Below the pieces are notes generated by a model. That model was not told the DNA's origin. It was given only the letters and a program-made list of their open reading frames with translations, and did no database searches. Made by a program: the position numbers and the translations under genes. Shown here in pieces: positions 1 to 8,865 of a DNA stretch of 64,000 bases (within the stretch, counting starts at the first letter, position 1; each line of letters starts with the position of its first letter). The stretch comes from Patescibacteria group bacterium (GTDB taxonomy: Bacteria; Patescibacteriota; Microgenomatia; UBA10105; UBA927): assembly GCA_038062895.1 (NCBI GenBank), contig JBBTWJ010000005.1:3715-67714 (forward strand), in the 5' to 3' direction.

Positions 1-436
1 AAAGCTTTTGATACTCCATCCCAAGAAGCGACGCTATCCCCATAGATGCAGCCCACGTTCTGATGACTTCCTTCGGTTTCTTTACCTGATAGAGCATTGC
101 CATGATGAGTAAATTTTCCATGATGGTCATTCTGGGTACCATATCCATATACGCGGATGCAAAATTAACCCGTTGTAATATCTTTTCCCGATCATCCCTG
201 TACCGCATGCCAAACATCGTCAAGTCGCCGGACGTGGGAGTAATAAGGTCAAGAAGCATAAAGAGCGTTGTGGTCTTACCGGCACCATTAGGTCCTAAAA
301 TGCCCAACACCTCCCCCTCCTCCAAGGTAAAGGAGATATGATCAACAGCGGTAAACTCGCCTCGATTCGATCGAGTCGAAGCGGGCTCGCCAAAGGTCTT
401 CGTCAGACCCTGTGCGGATAGCACGATCTTATTCAT
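1..436 (-). CDS. ABC transporter ATP-binding protein (runs off window start)
   Basis: Manual translation MNKIVLSAQGLTKTFG..FTAVDHISFTLEEGEVLGILGPNGAGKTTTL, with Walker A motif. Confidence 0.9.
   Translation of the reverse strand, partial: MNKIVLSAQGLTKTFGEPASTRSNRGEFTAVDHISFTLEEGEVLGILGPNGAGKTTTLFMLLDLITPTSGDLTMFGMRYRDDREKILQRVNFASAYMDMVPRMTIMENLLIMAMLYQVKKPKEVIRTWAASMGIASLLGMEYQKL
356..391. repeat. Palindromic 30-bp in-frame insertion with 6-bp direct repeat CTCGCC
   Basis: CTCGCC-TCGATTCGATCGAGTCGAAGCGGG-CTCGCC; adds PASTRSNRGE between TKTFGE and FTAVD. Confidence 0.75.
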
Positions 437-448
437 AAATATGACTCC

Positions 449-499
449 AAAGGGCCTGTCCATAAATAGCTTCTTAGATATTTATGGATACAGCCCTTT
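449..499. repeat. Imperfect inverted repeat (terminator-like or IS-end/MITE remnant)
   Basis: AAAGGGCCTGTCCATAAATA..TATTTATGGATACAGCCCTTT. Confidence 0.6.
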
Positions 500-665
500 G
501 TGCCGCATCATCAAGTGAAAAAGGATTTATATTAATCCCGGATGCGGCCTTACAAGTGTACCTAAACGGGAGATCTCCTGGTCGCAGCAGACAAAGAGGA
601 TTCTAGCGAGGTAAAGACACTATACCACAATTATTTCTGCGTGTAAATCGTGGTGTACGGCGCTA

Positions 666-1538
666 TTACCAGCTACTGCTGGATCCTCCGCCGCCGGAAC
701 TGCCGCCGGAGAAACCGCCAAATGATCCGGAAGATCCACCACTTCCACCGCTCCAGAATCCCCCGCCGGTATGAAAGAATCCATTTTTTCCACCGGATTT
801 TTTGGTGACCTCATAATTTCTGGAGAGAATAGCATCCAATAGAAGCCCGACCAATGATAAAAATATCGCCAGTACCACGCTCATACTCACGCTTCCCAAC
901 CATGAACCAAAACCCACACCGGCAATCGCTCCAGCTGCCCCACCTAACCAGACGGTTTTACTTCTCGCCATAAAAGAACACAGATAGATAAAAAGAAAAA
1001 TCATCATCCAAAAGGGAATGGGAAATTGCTCTGCTGTCGGGGTTGGTTTATTTGCTTCTCCTGCGGATCCGGAAAGCTCTTTTTCTATGGATGCTAACGC
1101 GTTGCTGACTCCTAGGCCATACTTGCCTTCACGAAACGCCGGCGTCACATCATTTCTCAATATCTCTCCAGCATCCCCATCCGTAAGATACGGCTCTAAC
1201 CCGTATCCCACTTCGATGCGCATTTTGCGGTCGTCAATTGCGGCCAAAAATAATACACCATTATCTTTCCCTTTTTTCCCAATCTTCCACTCCTCGAAAA
1301 GACGTACTGCCTTCTCTTCTACGGTGTCTCCCTCAAGCGAACGGATTAGCGCTACGGCGATTTCATTGCCCGAAGACTCCTGGTAGGACACAAGGGTTTG
1401 TTCAATCGACTGCTTTTCCTCAATACGTAACACTCCCGCAAAATCGTTGATATGACCTGTGGGAGCGGGAATGCCGGTTGCGGCAAATATACGCACCGCA
1501 AAAGCTAGAGAGGCGATCACTACAAAAAGACGTGACAT
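666..1538 (-). CDS. TPM domain (YgcG-like) membrane protein
   Basis: INDFAGVL, WKIGKKGKDNGVLFL, RIEVGYGLE and Gly-rich tail; adjacent to lemA. Confidence 0.92.
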   Translation of the reverse strand: MSRLFVVIASLAFAVRIFAATGIPAPTGHINDFAGVLRIEEKQSIEQTLVSYQESSGNEIAVALIRSLEGDTVEEKAVRLFEEWKIGKKGKDNGVLFLAAIDDRKMRIEVGYGLEPYLTDGDAGEILRNDVTPAFREGKYGLGVSNALASIEKELSGSAGEANKPTPTAEQFPIPFWMMIFLFIYLCSFMARSKTVWLGGAAGAIAGVGFGSWLGSVSMSVVLAIFLSLVGLLLDAILSRNYEVTKKSGGKNGFFHTGGGFWSGGSGGSSGSFGGFSGGSSGGGGSSSSW

Positions 1539-1547
1539 ACGGTGGGA

Positions 1548-2102
1548 TTAAAATTGAACTTTTGGAGCTGACTCACTTCCCTCGGCAGATTCAAAGTACG
1601 CCCTCCGGGTAAATCCGAATATGCCCGCGAGCATATTGCCGGGGATAATGGAAAGTGATGTGTTGTAACTTTGAACAAGTTCATTGTAACGCCTGCGTTC
1701 TACAGCGACTCTGTTTTCCGTGCCACTAAGCTCATCCATCAGGCGCGAGACCGCCACATCGCTTTTGATCTCCGGATAATTTTCCATGATGACCAAAAGT
1801 CTGCCTAACGCAGATTCCATTTGACTTGCTGCTGCTGCTTTTTGATCCACTGAAGATGCGCCACTGTATCGGGTACGCGCTTCGGCGATATCACCGAATA
1901 CTTTCTGTTCCTGTTTCTGCAAACCCTTGACGGACTCGACGAGATTGGGAATAAGATCAAACCGGCGCTGGTACTGCACCTCCACCTGCTTCCATTGTCC
2001 GTCAATGGCATTGCTTTGTGTCGCAAATCCGTTGTAACTGCCCACAAGCCATGCTCCAAGAAGAAGAACAACGCCGACAATCGCAAGAGCTATTTTATTC
2101 AT
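1548..2102 (-). CDS. lemA: LemA family protein
   Basis: QYQRRFDLIPNLV, ENYPEIKS, TENRVAVERRRYN; start set at MNKIAL. Confidence 0.93.
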   Translation of the reverse strand: MNKIALAIVGVVLLLGAWLVGSYNGFATQSNAIDGQWKQVEVQYQRRFDLIPNLVESVKGLQKQEQKVFGDIAEARTRYSGASSVDQKAAAASQMESALGRLLVIMENYPEIKSDVAVSRLMDELSGTENRVAVERRRYNELVQSYNTSLSIIPGNMLAGIFGFTRRAYFESAEGSESAPKVQF

Positions 2103-2151
2103 ATTCAATAATCTACTATACCACATCCTGTCTCGTCTGTATGCTGCATTA

Positions 2152-3246
2152 CTAAACCTTAAAATATGCAAATACTTCTGCCATAGCCTCAAGTCCCCGA
2201 GCGAGATTTCTCATGGTCTGTTCGGAGCTGTCCACAGTAGAACGTTTTTTGCGCAAATGAAGCTTGGATACGAGATACCGGAGCTTAAACAACTCAAACT
2301 TTTCCTTCCAATCGCCCAATTTCCTCACTTCTTCATACCCACGAACAAACCAGCTCATCCGGGGCTCGCCAAAAAACAAACTGTACGCCGCAAGCTCCAT
2401 GATGGGATCGCCGCCCACGCATTCATCCCAATCCATCATCGCAGTAATTTCTTTGCCGTCTGTAAGGATGTTCCAATCAGCAATGTCGTTGTGAATGACG
2501 ACAGGATTATTGATCGTAAGAAGATCTTCGTGTTTCGCAAACACCGCCTCGATAATTTTTCTTTGCCTCGGGGTAATCGTCTCTGAATCCTGAAGGTACC
2601 CGAGATCTTCTTCTAGTCCTGCTCTCACATGTTCTGATAAATTGTTGTACTGGCCCACTAATCGTCCTTCATTTTTTGCAATGTCGTTTCGGAAAAAACC
2701 AAATCCCTTGGGCGTCATCGTGTGAATGCGTGCGGCATAGCGGCCGGTTTGGATCACTAACTGTTCTTCTAAATCCGAAGATAATGGCCAAAAATCCTGC
2801 ATGGGTTTCCCCGACTCGCGCGTCATGATCATATAGTCAAACGGCACACGTTTGCGCGTATCATCAACCACGAGGCATGTATACGTCGGGACACCCGCGG
2901 CGCGGGCAAGATTGGTCGCCACAGACTCCACCCAAAAGTACCCGTTTTTCACTTCCGGCGGATGCATCCGAATGACGATCTCCCTGCCGCTTTTTAGGAT
3001 AACCGGAACGACCGTATTGATGAGTCCTCGTGCGATGAATGGCTCGACGCGAGCAACCTCTGTATCAACGCCAGAAAAACCCGCACGAATCATGCCAAAT
3101 ACGACTGCTCTTCGCAGTAAACGCTCGTCAAACCGTTCATGACGGGTGAGGAAGATCTCTTTATCCTGCTGAGCGGAAATGCGCCTGTTCACCTGCCAGT
3201 AGAACATGTTGGACCGGTCAGAAAGATCGAGTATTTGAGAAGTCAT
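2152..3246 (-). CDS. Aminoglycoside phosphotransferase/choline kinase-like protein
   Basis: HNDIADWNIL and MDWDE..GDP kinase motifs. Confidence 0.8.
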   Translation of the reverse strand: MTSQILDLSDRSNMFYWQVNRRISAQQDKEIFLTRHERFDERLLRRAVVFGMIRAGFSGVDTEVARVEPFIARGLINTVVPVILKSGREIVIRMHPPEVKNGYFWVESVATNLARAAGVPTYTCLVVDDTRKRVPFDYMIMTRESGKPMQDFWPLSSDLEEQLVIQTGRYAARIHTMTPKGFGFFRNDIAKNEGRLVGQYNNLSEHVRAGLEEDLGYLQDSETITPRQRKIIEAVFAKHEDLLTINNPVVIHNDIADWNILTDGKEITAMMDWDECVGGDPIMELAAYSLFFGEPRMSWFVRGYEEVRKLGDWKEKFELFKLRYLVSKLHLRKKRSTVDSSEQTMRNLARGLEAMAEVFAYFKV

Positions 3247-3247
3247 A

Positions 3248-4006
3248 TCATTGTTTTGGGAATATTCGCCGCCATGTATGTCGAATATTCATGCGAAGCC
3301 GCATAAAAGGAGTGATATGACCGCCTTCCAAGGGAATTCGAATCTCGAGATAAAATCGCTGAAGATGGTGGAGGAGGCACAGAAATAGTTCATCTTTCCC
3401 TTTTGTTTTTCCGCGACAAATGTGATGATGTGCGCCTATGGCAACCGTCTGAATCGGCACGGTAAGTGTAATGTTTGTCATGTCATCCCGGTCCAGAGCG
3501 CCATCTTCTTTATCCTTCGCTTCCACCTGCATCGCAGCATAACGCGCTTCCAGCTTATCCTCGCTGTACTGGGTGTATCGCATAGCGATCAACTTGTCCC
3601 AGAGATCCAAATACTGCTTCTCGATCCCGTACCCGCGGAGTGTCTCCCGATGAGCATTGGGAATTTCTTCCCGAACCAGAGAAAAAAACTCTCCCATTTC
3701 TTCAACGGTCCGAAGATCTTTTGCATCAAGCGTGAGCATGATAAGCGTGATAGTCGCAACTACAAGTTCATTAAATACCCTATCTTGTTCGACTTTTTCC
3801 AGGCTTTCAAACCCCAACAGTTTTCTGTATGTATTGTCTTGATAGATCCGAAATGCAAAGCTGCTTGCGGCCTGATCAAAAGAAGCTGCGAGAATCTTTG
3901 CCGTTTTTGCAGGTGGCAACGGCCGGTTGGACCCTCGAATTTTCATTCTTTTCATTTCTTCATCTAAATCCATAGGTGTTATCTTTTTTTTCGGTTTTCC
4001 CGCCAT
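3248..4006 (-). CDS. Hypothetical protein
   Basis: 252-aa ORF ending 1 nt before the start of the next gene. Confidence 0.7.
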   Translation of the reverse strand: MAGKPKKKITPMDLDEEMKRMKIRGSNRPLPPAKTAKILAASFDQAASSFAFRIYQDNTYRKLLGFESLEKVEQDRVFNELVVATITLIMLTLDAKDLRTVEEMGEFFSLVREEIPNAHRETLRGYGIEKQYLDLWDKLIAMRYTQYSEDKLEARYAAMQVEAKDKEDGALDRDDMTNITLTVPIQTVAIGAHHHICRGKTKGKDELFLCLLHHLQRFYLEIRIPLEGGHITPFMRLRMNIRHTWRRIFPKQ

Positions 4007-4076
4007 ATGTTGTGAACAGTAATATCAAATATTAGCATATAACTACTTCCCCAACCTCATTTTTTCAGTAAATACT

Positions 4077-4114
4077 TGTACGTTATACGTTGCGACCGCA
4101 ACTTGCAACATACA
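4077..4114. repeat. 38-bp palindrome copy A (downstream of PaaX-like gene)
   Basis: TGTACGTTATACGTTGCGACCGCAACTTGCAACATACA. Confidence 0.9.
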
Positions 4115-4136
4115 TGTCTCGATAAAAAAATCTTCT

Positions 4137-4952
4137 CTAGCTGGTTGCTTTTCGTAAATTCCGTACCGCTCGCCGAGCATTCATCGCCGGCCAATCGGCT
4201 GACAATAATTCTTTAGGCAAACACGGGTCAGACAAAAGCGCTTCGATATATCGTTGTCGAACCTTCCTCTCCCTCTGTGTCACATTCGCCTCTTTTGCCT
4301 CTGTATGTTGTAAGTGGCGACCGCTACTTGCAACATACATGTCTGTCAGTTGCGTCGCTTCTTCAATAATTTCTCGGTACGCTTCCTCAAGAGCATCGAG
4401 GTTCCAAATTTTTCTAACCAACAGCGCCTGATCCCCTGCAAGAATAGCTGATACTTCAAGCACAAACGCTGTGTCTCCCAAATCCTGGCTTTCTAAATAT
4501 TCCCGTAGGTCAATACTCACATCGTGAGGCGTAATCCAAACCGACTCTTGAAGCATCCCCAACCCGAGTTGCCGTAACTTATCCCGCAAGAGTTCTCTTG
4601 TACTTTTATCAATTTCGACAATATCAAAAATCACCAAGCGCCACCGTTTGTCCCACGGCATATTGGCAAGACGCAATAAGGGAAAAACTCTGGTCATCCT
4701 CTCTTTTCCTTCAGACGTCAAACGAAGATATATCTCGTCTCCCTTGATCACTTTTTCGATATCACCCGTCTTAAGTTGTCGTCCGACCACGCGGGAAAAG
4801 TTATGGCGACGATATCGTGTCGGTACCCACCCATAGAGGCTATGACAGCCGCGAGCCATCACCCCAAATGGATCCTTCACTTCCTCAAATACATCCAGAG
4901 CGCCAGCAATCCCTAACAACAGCACGTCGCCTGGTCTCAAAAGTTTTTTCAT
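4137..4952 (-). CDS. PaaX-family transcriptional regulator (wHTH + Cas2-like middle domain + PaaX_C)
   Basis: YLRLTSEG, WDKRWRLVIFDI, LGLGMLQESVWITP, WNLDAL, DPCLPKELL..DWP. Confidence 0.88.
   Translation of the reverse strand: MKKLLRPGDVLLLGIAGALDVFEEVKDPFGVMARGCHSLYGWVPTRYRRHNFSRVVGRQLKTGDIEKVIKGDEIYLRLTSEGKERMTRVFPLLRLANMPWDKRWRLVIFDIVEIDKSTRELLRDKLRQLGLGMLQESVWITPHDVSIDLREYLESQDLGDTAFVLEVSAILAGDQALLVRKIWNLDALEEAYREIIEEATQLTDMYVASSGRHLQHTEAKEANVTQRERKVRQRYIEALLSDPCLPKELLSADWPAMNARRAVRNLRKATS
4302..4339. repeat. 38-bp palindrome copy B (in frame inside PaaX-like gene)
   Basis: TGTATGTTGTAAGTGGCGACCGCTACTTGCAACATACA; encodes part of MYVASSGRHLQHTE. Confidence 0.9.
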
Positions 4953-4985
4953 ACAGTCAAAAAAGTCACTCCCCGCTCGCTTATA

Positions 4986-5023
4986 TGTATGTTATAAGTT
5001 GCGACCGCGTCTTGCAACATACA
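4986..5023 (-). promoter_or_regulatory. 38-bp palindrome copy C overlapping putative promoter of PaaX-like gene
   Basis: TGTATGTTATAAGTTGCGACCGCGTCTTGCAACATACA; minus strand reads TTGCAA-N17-TAACAT. Confidence 0.75.
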
Positions 5024-5120
5024 GGTTTTTCAATGAAAACAAAGGGAGTTTCACAAATCAGGGAGAAAGATTGACTGTGTTTCAGTTATTCAAGTCGTAA
5101 ATAACTCTATCTAATAACTC

Positions 5121-6938
5121 CTACTTTCGCTCCGCGCGGGTGCGGTCAAGCTTCGTGAGGTATTTTTTCCGAAGCCTCAAGTTAAGTGGGGTGATTTCCA
5201 GAAGTTCATCCTCTTCCAAAAAATCCAAACACTGTTCCAAGGAGAGCACGACGGGTGGATCCAGCTGTATGGCGATATCGGCGTTCGCTGAATGGATGTT
5301 GGTGAGTTTTTTAAACTTACACACATTAATATCAATATCTTCCTGACGGTTATTGAGCCCTATGATCATACCCTCATACACCGGCACTCCGGGACCGATG
5401 AGCGCTTTCCCCCGGTCCTGCACCGTCGTGAGCGCGTACCCAGATGATTTGCCGGTTTCAAACGCAACGAGCACCCCGTTTCGAAGCTTGGGCACCCGAG
5501 GCATCTCGGGAAAATAGCCAATGATCCGTGTCGAAAAAATTCCGTTTCCCCGCGTTTTGGTCAGGATATCGCCGCGAAACCCTAAGAGATTTCTACTTGA
5601 CACTTTATACACCATCCGGGTCGTCCCCCGATCATCCGTATGGGTATCCAAAAGCTCGGCCTTGCGTCTTCCTAAATCTTCGGTCACCACGCCGACGAAG
5701 GATGAATCAATATCAATCGTTATTTCTTCAAATGGCTCGGATACGACTCCGTCAATCGTTTTGAGAATGACTTCCGGCTTACCGACTTGCATTTCATACC
5801 CTTCACGCCGGAGCGTTTCTAAAAGTATTGCCAAATGGAGTTCACCGCGGCCAGCTACAACGAAACTACTTCCACCACCATTTTCTTCGATGATGAGTCC
5901 GATATTCGTCTGTTTTTCGCGCATGAGCCTCTCTCCAATTTGACGCGCGGTACAAAATTTCCCCTCCCGACCGGCAAACGGGGAGGTGTTGGCGGAAAGC
6001 GTGATCTTGAGTGTCGGGGGCTCCAAATGAATAGCCGGATAGCCGGTCGGATCAGAGGGATCGGCGATCGTGTTGCCAATTGCTGCCTCCGAAACGCCGG
6101 TCATGGCAATAATGTCGCCGGAATCTCCACTCGTTACAGGAGCTCTGGCCAGTCCCACACTCGTAAATACCTCATCGATACGAAAAGTTCCAAGTTTTTC
6201 ATTCTCGTTGAGAAGTACGATCGACTGACCGGGTCTCACAGTACCTTGACTCACTTTTCCGATAGCAAATGTTCCTTTGTGCGCATCAAAATCCAACGTC
6301 GATACCAACATTTTAAACGGCATATCCGTGTGGACTTCCGGCACCGGAATGTTTTTTACAATTGCGTCAAACAACGGCTCGAGTGATCCGGGGGCCTCCA
6401 TATCCGCGGGGTACGTGGCCCACGCCTTCCCTTGCCGCCCAACGGCATACACGACCGGAAACGCCAAATGATCTTCATGGTGCGCTAAATGAAGAAACAG
6501 ACTTTCTATTTCACGAAGAACTGCATCCGGACGAGCGTCCTTGCGGTCAATCTTATTAATAACGACGATAACTTTTAAATTGAGTTCCATCGCTTTTTGC
6601 AGCACAAATTGTGTCTGCGGCAAAGGGCCTTCGGCTGCGTCAACGACCAGAAGCGCTCCGTCGGCCATATTGATGACACGCTCGACTTCGCCCCCGAAAT
6701 CCGCGTGTCCCGGAGTGTCAATGATATTGATCTTCGTCCCGTGGTACATAACTGCGGTGTTTTTGGCGAGTATCGTAATCCCTTTTTCCCGCTCCAGGTC
6801 ATTGGCGTCCAAAATAGTGGTTTGCCCCATCTCTGCCTGGTTGTCGCGGAATGTATGGGTCTGTTTGAGCATCCCGTCTACGAGGGTCGTTTTTCCATGA
6901 TCGACATGGGCGATGATAGCGACGTTTCTGATATCCAT
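5121..6938 (-). CDS. typA: Translational GTPase TypA/BipA
   Basis: IRNVAIIAHVDHGKTTLVD, DTPGHADFGGEVER, GRGELHL. Confidence 0.97.
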   Translation of the reverse strand: MDIRNVAIIAHVDHGKTTLVDGMLKQTHTFRDNQAEMGQTTILDANDLEREKGITILAKNTAVMYHGTKINIIDTPGHADFGGEVERVINMADGALLVVDAAEGPLPQTQFVLQKAMELNLKVIVVINKIDRKDARPDAVLREIESLFLHLAHHEDHLAFPVVYAVGRQGKAWATYPADMEAPGSLEPLFDAIVKNIPVPEVHTDMPFKMLVSTLDFDAHKGTFAIGKVSQGTVRPGQSIVLLNENEKLGTFRIDEVFTSVGLARAPVTSGDSGDIIAMTGVSEAAIGNTIADPSDPTGYPAIHLEPPTLKITLSANTSPFAGREGKFCTARQIGERLMREKQTNIGLIIEENGGGSSFVVAGRGELHLAILLETLRREGYEMQVGKPEVILKTIDGVVSEPFEEITIDIDSSFVGVVTEDLGRRKAELLDTHTDDRGTTRMVYKVSSRNLLGFRGDILTKTRGNGIFSTRIIGYFPEMPRVPKLRNGVLVAFETGKSSGYALTTVQDRGKALIGPGVPVYEGMIIGLNNRQEDIDINVCKFKKLTNIHSANADIAIQLDPPVVLSLEQCLDFLEEDELLEITPLNLRLRKKYLTKLDRTRAERK

Positions 6939-7034
6939 AAAAAAATACGCCCGCATGCCGGACTAAGCGCATTGCGGGTCGCGTTCTGACTATATATATA
7001 TTATACTACATCGAGTCATTTTACGCTCATCACC

Positions 7035-7790
7035 ATGCCAATACTGCTTTTCTATAGTTTAATTGCGGGTCTTTTTTCGCTTGCGGGCGGCGCATTACTT
7101 TTGGTTCTGGGTACGAGAATACGGCAGGCCATCACTACATCACTTCTCTCTTTTGCCGCGGGAGCCTTTATAGCAACCAGCCTCACGGACCTTATTCCCG
7201 AAGCTATCGAACAAGCCGATGATCCGCATCCTATCCTCATGGCAGTCATGGTCGGGCTCGTAGCATTTTTTATCCTCGAACGTTTCCTTATGCGTTATGG
7301 ATCCCGCAGCGATAGACACGAACATGCCGATCACACGGAAACGCTTCCGACGCTTCTCATCCTGGGAGACACCATCCACAACTTTCTGGACGGAGTCGTC
7401 ATTGCAATAGCCTTTGTCGCTAACCCCGCGTTAGGACTGACCACTACGCTTGCCATCGCAGCACACGAATTACCACAGGAAATCGGCGACTTCAGCGTGC
7501 TTCTCAATCACGGATGGTCACGCATGAAAGTCCTTCTGGTCAATGTACTCCAATCTCTGGCCACGATTCCGGGAGTCATTGTCGGATTTACGGCGGGCAA
7601 TGTATTTACCCCGCACCTTCCGAGCTTTTTGGGGGTTGCCGGTGGTATATTTCTCTATCTGGGAGCCTCTGACCTCATCCCCGAACTGCATCACCGCGCC
7701 GGACACAAGCACGTCCTGCGGGTCGTCGTGCCGTTTATCGCAAGCATCTTCCTCGTCACCATCCTCGTGCGGCTCACGCATGGGGGGTAA
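7035..7790 (+). CDS. ZIP family metal transporter
   Basis: GDTIHNFLDG and HELPQEIGDF motifs. Confidence 0.93.
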   Translation: MPILLFYSLIAGLFSLAGGALLLVLGTRIRQAITTSLLSFAAGAFIATSLTDLIPEAIEQADDPHPILMAVMVGLVAFFILERFLMRYGSRSDRHEHADHTETLPTLLILGDTIHNFLDGVVIAIAFVANPALGLTTTLAIAAHELPQEIGDFSVLLNHGWSRMKVLLVNVLQSLATIPGVIVGFTAGNVFTPHLPSFLGVAGGIFLYLGASDLIPELHHRAGHKHVLRVVVPFIASIFLVTILVRLTHGG

Positions 7791-7794
7791 TAAT

Positions 7795-8799
7795 TTACTG
7801 CAAAGATACAAGTATTCTATCCACCAATACAGTGGTCTTCACATTATCTTCAGCGGAAGTCATCGGTTGTTTATGTTCTAATAAACACCGCAGAAAATGC
7901 TCAAGTTCATACACGTACCCATTCATATAAAGCGCCTGCAACCCGCCGGAGCCGCTGGTATCTATGGAAGTGGAGACTTCCGTTTTCTCATTCAACTGCT
8001 GCCAGCCGGGCGACGGATTAACCGGTTCGTAGGAAGACCGTACCACAAGTTTGGAAATATTTTCGACTTTGAGAAATCCGTGCGTTCCCGTAATGGTCAT
8101 CTCCTCGAAGTGTCTTCCCCATGACGGAAGTCCGGCAAAATAGAAAAGCCCGTTCTTCCCGCTCACAAAACGAAAGTTGCACGTTAAACTCACTCCCTGA
8201 TCGGTATTGGCGGCAAAACTTTGCACCTCGGATACCTCGCCCATGTAATAACGAAGCAAATCTATCGTATGGATCGCGCCATACCGGAGGTACGCCTCGA
8301 TATCCGTCCCAAAATTCCGAACCCCGAACATCCCGTGCATAGTGAGAATATCCCCAAAGTCTTTTTTGCTTTCCATGCGCTCGTGCATAATTTTATATGA
8401 CGGCGCAAACCGTTTCATGTATCCCACCATCACGGTTTTACCCGTTTTTTTAGAAACGTCGGCGACATCTCTCGCCTCCTTTTCGTTCCATCCAAGCGGC
8501 TTTTCGACAAATACCGGGACTCCCGCCAAAAGACAATTCTTCACGATCCCCGCATGCCGGTCTCCGGTTGTGACGATCACTACTGCATCAAGTTTTTCCT
8601 TCTCGAGCATCGTCCGGTAGTCATCATGAGAGGATTGGGCATGAAATCGCCGAGCTGCCGCCTCTGCGCTTTCCTTGTGCTGCGTCGCGATACTTTGGAT
8701 GCGCGCGCCAAGAAGTTCCAGAGATGGGTACATGTTTGCCGTCGCATGCCGTCCGGCGCCGATACATCCCAATCGAAGATCACTTACATTTTTATTCAT
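7795..8799 (-). CDS. Gfo/Idh/MocA family oxidoreductase
   Basis: IGAGRHA, VFVEKPL, IHTIDL. Confidence 0.9.
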   Translation of the reverse strand: MNKNVSDLRLGCIGAGRHATANMYPSLELLGARIQSIATQHKESAEAAARRFHAQSSHDDYRTMLEKEKLDAVVIVTTGDRHAGIVKNCLLAGVPVFVEKPLGWNEKEARDVADVSKKTGKTVMVGYMKRFAPSYKIMHERMESKKDFGDILTMHGMFGVRNFGTDIEAYLRYGAIHTIDLLRYYMGEVSEVQSFAANTDQGVSLTCNFRFVSGKNGLFYFAGLPSWGRHFEEMTITGTHGFLKVENISKLVVRSSYEPVNPSPGWQQLNEKTEVSTSIDTSGSGGLQALYMNGYVYELEHFLRCLLEHKQPMTSAEDNVKTTVLVDRILVSLQ

Positions 8800-8865
8800 A
8801 AGATCTATCTAAAATATCACATACGCTCATTATGATACATGTATATTACTATCACAATGATACGG

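Noticed and set aside
670-770. GC-rich repetitive tract
   Set aside because: Encodes the normal Gly/Ser tail of TPM proteins.
4077-5023. CRISPR array (38-bp repeats next to a Cas2-fold gene)
   Set aside because: Gaps of 187 and 646 bp are coding, not spacer-sized; no cas1 or effector genes in the window.
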